Assembly (NCBI GenBank): GCA_964600625.1
Contig: CAZRJV010000002.1
Coordinates: forward strand, 1-42,591
Length of the DNA stretch: 42,591 nt
Direction: 5' to 3'
DNA from: an uncultured Acholeplasmataceae bacterium
GTDB lineage: Bacteria; Bacillota_I; Bacilli_A; Acholeplasmatales; Acholeplasmataceae
Shown here in pieces: positions 40,595 through 42,591 of this stretch. Both the position numbers and the translations under genes were made by a program. The notes under the pieces are model-generated. The model was given only the letters and a program-made list of their open reading frames with translations. It made no database searches and was not told the origin of the DNA. Positions within the stretch are counted from its first letter, which is position 1; each line of letters opens with the position of its first letter.

Positions 40595-41507
40595 GCCTTT
40601 CATGATAATTTAATTTTAATTGTAGAAATTGGTGTATTTCTAATAAAACATAGTAAAGTTGAGCTCTATCTTCAAAATTTTTTCGGGTATCTGGTAAATC
40701 AGATGTTTTAAAATAATCTAGTAATTGATTGAGTTTGTTCGTTAATTGAAGGGCATAATTATCATCACCTATTTGACCTTTAAATTCTTTCAAATAATTT
40801 AGGACGAGTGTTTTTTCCTTGATGTCGCTAACATTAATTAATGTGTTATTGATGCGTTTTAGTATTAATGTCTGTTCTTTACGCATTTCAACATATCTCA
40901 AACGTTCAATCAAACCATCAATATTATTGTTTTCCAACTCTTCACGAATGTTATTGTTGGCAGAAGATATTAAATAATCTAATTCATCAAACGAAATATC
41001 TTTTTTTGCGGCAATTGAAAGAATTATTTCTTCAATTGACTTATTGATACGATTTACTATTAATTTGATTTTCTTTTTTAAATCAGGCATGTATAAATTG
41101 AGTAAGAAAGCAACACCAATCCCGATTAATAAAATGAATAAAGCATTTAAAGCATAATTTACATCTTGTCCCAAATAAACTTGAGAAACAAGAACTAAAG
41201 ATACAACAATACCTCGGTCCACTTTAATTAAGTAGCTTAAAGGTATAAATATGATAATAAAAACAAATAAACTCCAAATACTAAATCCCATGAAATAGAA
41301 GATTAAATAAGCCAAGCTTAAGGCGATTAAAGAGTCAATAATTCTGATGATACCTATTTCAATGGACCTTTTTCGAGTTGGTTCTAATGATAATACTGCA
41401 ATCACCCCTGCAGTATAAACATAATCAAGTGAGAATGCTTCCGCTATCAAAAAACCAATAATAAAACCAAATGTCATTTTTGTTAATAAATAATAATTAA
41501 TTTTCAT
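40575..41507 (-). CDS. Aromatic acid exporter (ArAE) / UPF0421-like membrane protein
   Basis: Four or five N-terminal TM helices (GFIIGFLIAEAFSLDYVYTAGVIAVLSLEPTRKRS...) plus a C-terminal helical cytoplasmic domain. The architecture resembles Bacillus YgaE-type proteins by recollection. Confidence 0.6.
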   Translation of the reverse strand: MKINYYLLTKMTFGFIIGFLIAEAFSLDYVYTAGVIAVLSLEPTRKRSIEIGIIRIIDSLIALSLAYLIFYFMGFSIWSLFVFIIIFIPLSYLIKVDRGIVVSLVLVSQVYLGQDVNYALNALFILLIGIGVAFLLNLYMPDLKKKIKLIVNRINKSIEEIILSIAAKKDISFDELDYLISSANNNIREELENNNIDGLIERLRYVEMRKEQTLILKRINNTLINVSDIKEKTLVLNYLKEFKGQIGDDNYALQLTNKLNQLLDYFKTSDLPDTRKNFEDRAQLYYVLLEIHQFLQLKLNYHERQKHEAK

Positions 41508-41680
41508 AATATCACCACTGTTATTATACAGAAAAATAGCGAAGAAATGTTACAAAGTACTTGTTATTGAAAAATAAAATTAATAATAGTGTATGAAAAC
41601 GCTTCATGTTTGCTTTACTTGATAATAATTGCTCTTTGGGCTAAAATATAAGAAGAGATTAACGAAAATGAAGGTGAAAT

Positions 41681-42591
41681 ATGTATAAGGCGTTTTTAGA
41701 TAAATTTTTAGAATCATTTAAGTCTGTCCTTCCAGTAACTTTAGTATTAATTATATTAGGAATTGTTATGGGATTGCCCACATCAACAATGTTATGGTTT
41801 CTACTTGGTGCTTTGTTATTGGTGATTGGACTGACTTTGTTTCAACTGGGTGCTTTTGAATCAACCAGTGTAATTGCAGAAGATATCGGTAGGTATATTG
41901 TTAAAAGAAGGAACCTAGCGATTTTTATTATTGTTGCATTTATGATGGGCTTTTTCATCATAATTGCAGAACCAAGTGTTAGAGTGTTAGCAGATCAATT
42001 AAGTGAAGTTATTAAACCTCAAGAAATTCTCATTTATACCATTGCTATTGGTGTTGGTTTATTTTTGACCATTGGTTTACTTAGAATATTATTTAAGATT
42101 CAATTTAGAATGATAGTTATTATTTTATATTCTTTGGTTTTTGTATTGGCTTTAATAGTAAACCAAATTAATCCCGTATTTATTCCCTTAGCTTTTGATG
42201 CGGGTGGGTTTGCCAGTGGACCACTTAGTGTTCCTTTTATTTTGAGTTTAGCGTATGGCATTAGTAAAGCAAGAGGCGATAAGGCGAGTGATCAAGATTC
42301 ATTTGGTTTAGTGGGGATTACAGTCATTGGTCCCATATTTTCCATATTAGTTTTAGGTTTATTTCTACCCACTATTCCCGCAGATATTATGAACACACCA
42401 ACAACTTCTCTAACATTAGTTGAATATTTACGTCTTTATACAGGACAAATGGCAATTGCCGTATTACCTTTCATTATATTTTTTATTGTATTTCAAATTA
42501 TTGATTTTAGATTTCCAAAACGTAAAGTAATCAAAATATTAATTGCTTTTCTTTATACATATGTAGGCTTAGTTTTATTTTTAGCTGGTGC
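41681..42591 (+). CDS. DUF1538-family membrane protein, C-terminus outside the window
   Basis: It is not in the ORF track because it is open-ended. I translated it by hand from the ATG at 41681, which follows a GAAGGTGA RBS. The frame is open to the window end, with MYKAFLDKFLESFKSVLPVTLVLIILG...AFDAGGFASGPLSVPFILSLAYGIS. The family call is from memory. Confidence 0.6.
   Translation, partial: MYKAFLDKFLESFKSVLPVTLVLIILGIVMGLPTSTMLWFLLGALLLVIGLTLFQLGAFESTSVIAEDIGRYIVKRRNLAIFIIVAFMMGFFIIIAEPSVRVLADQLSEVIKPQEILIYTIAIGVGLFLTIGLLRILFKIQFRMIVIILYSLVFVLALIVNQINPVFIPLAFDAGGFASGPLSVPFILSLAYGISKARGDKASDQDSFGLVGITVIGPIFSILVLGLFLPTIPADIMNTPTTSLTLVEYLRLYTGQMAIAVLPFIIFFIVFQIIDFRFPKRKVIKILIAFLYTYVGLVLFLAG

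Noticed and set aside
1-42591. Possibility of the Mycoplasma/Spiroplasma genetic code (TGA = Trp), given the mollicute-like features.
   Set aside because: Conserved Trp positions, such as those in RhaA, RhaD and GPx, are encoded by TGG. Several well-defined genes end at TGA exactly where homologues end, for example the ABC ATPase at 14304 and rhaD at 21352. No ORF needs TGA read-through.

Overview
This is a strongly AT-rich, densely coding window. TGA is used as a stop codon and TGG encodes Trp, so the standard code applies. Many predicted lipoproteins carry a lipobox Cys, and one is a DUF285/BspA-type repeat lipoprotein. By inference this fits an Acholeplasma-like mollicute or a related low-GC Firmicute.

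Gene content, left to right:
- LemA (5' partial), a hypothetical protein, and a membrane-tethered XRE regulator.
- An SGNH hydrolase, a flavodoxin-like protein, an FMN reductase, an alpha/beta hydrolase and a PfoR-like membrane protein.
- tRNA-Ser(GGA), followed by a defective IS66-family element (tnpA and tnpB intact, tnpC internally deleted).
- A BspA/DUF285 lipoprotein gene, followed by a solo 110-bp IS66-like end.
- A MATE efflux pump and an orphan Imm5-like protein.
- A glutathione peroxidase / FtsX-type ABC / UvsE operon.
- A roughly 17.5-kb DeoR-associated sugar locus (16.5-34.0 kb).
- A MarR / ABC exporter operon and a bPH_2 membrane protein.
- A Na/Pi cotransporter, an ArAE-like exporter and a DUF1538 protein (3' partial).

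The most interesting region is the sugar locus. It combines rhaB, rhaA and rhaD with a GH65 enzyme, beta-phosphoglucomutase, a CUT1-type ABC importer, an SGNH esterase lipoprotein and a large membrane-anchored surface protein. It also holds three paralogues of a protein family I cannot assign, two lipoproteins and one cytoplasmic. I read it as a rhamnose-glycan or glucosyl-rhamnoside foraging system whose depolymerising step is probably carried out by that uncharacterised family.

Other notable structure is a perfect 595-bp tandem duplication across the 3' end of the bPH_2 gene and the 5' end of the Na/Pi transporter gene. There is also IS66-related debris bracketing the BspA gene beside the tRNA.

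All calls come from reading the sequence and ORF translations by eye. No database search was run.
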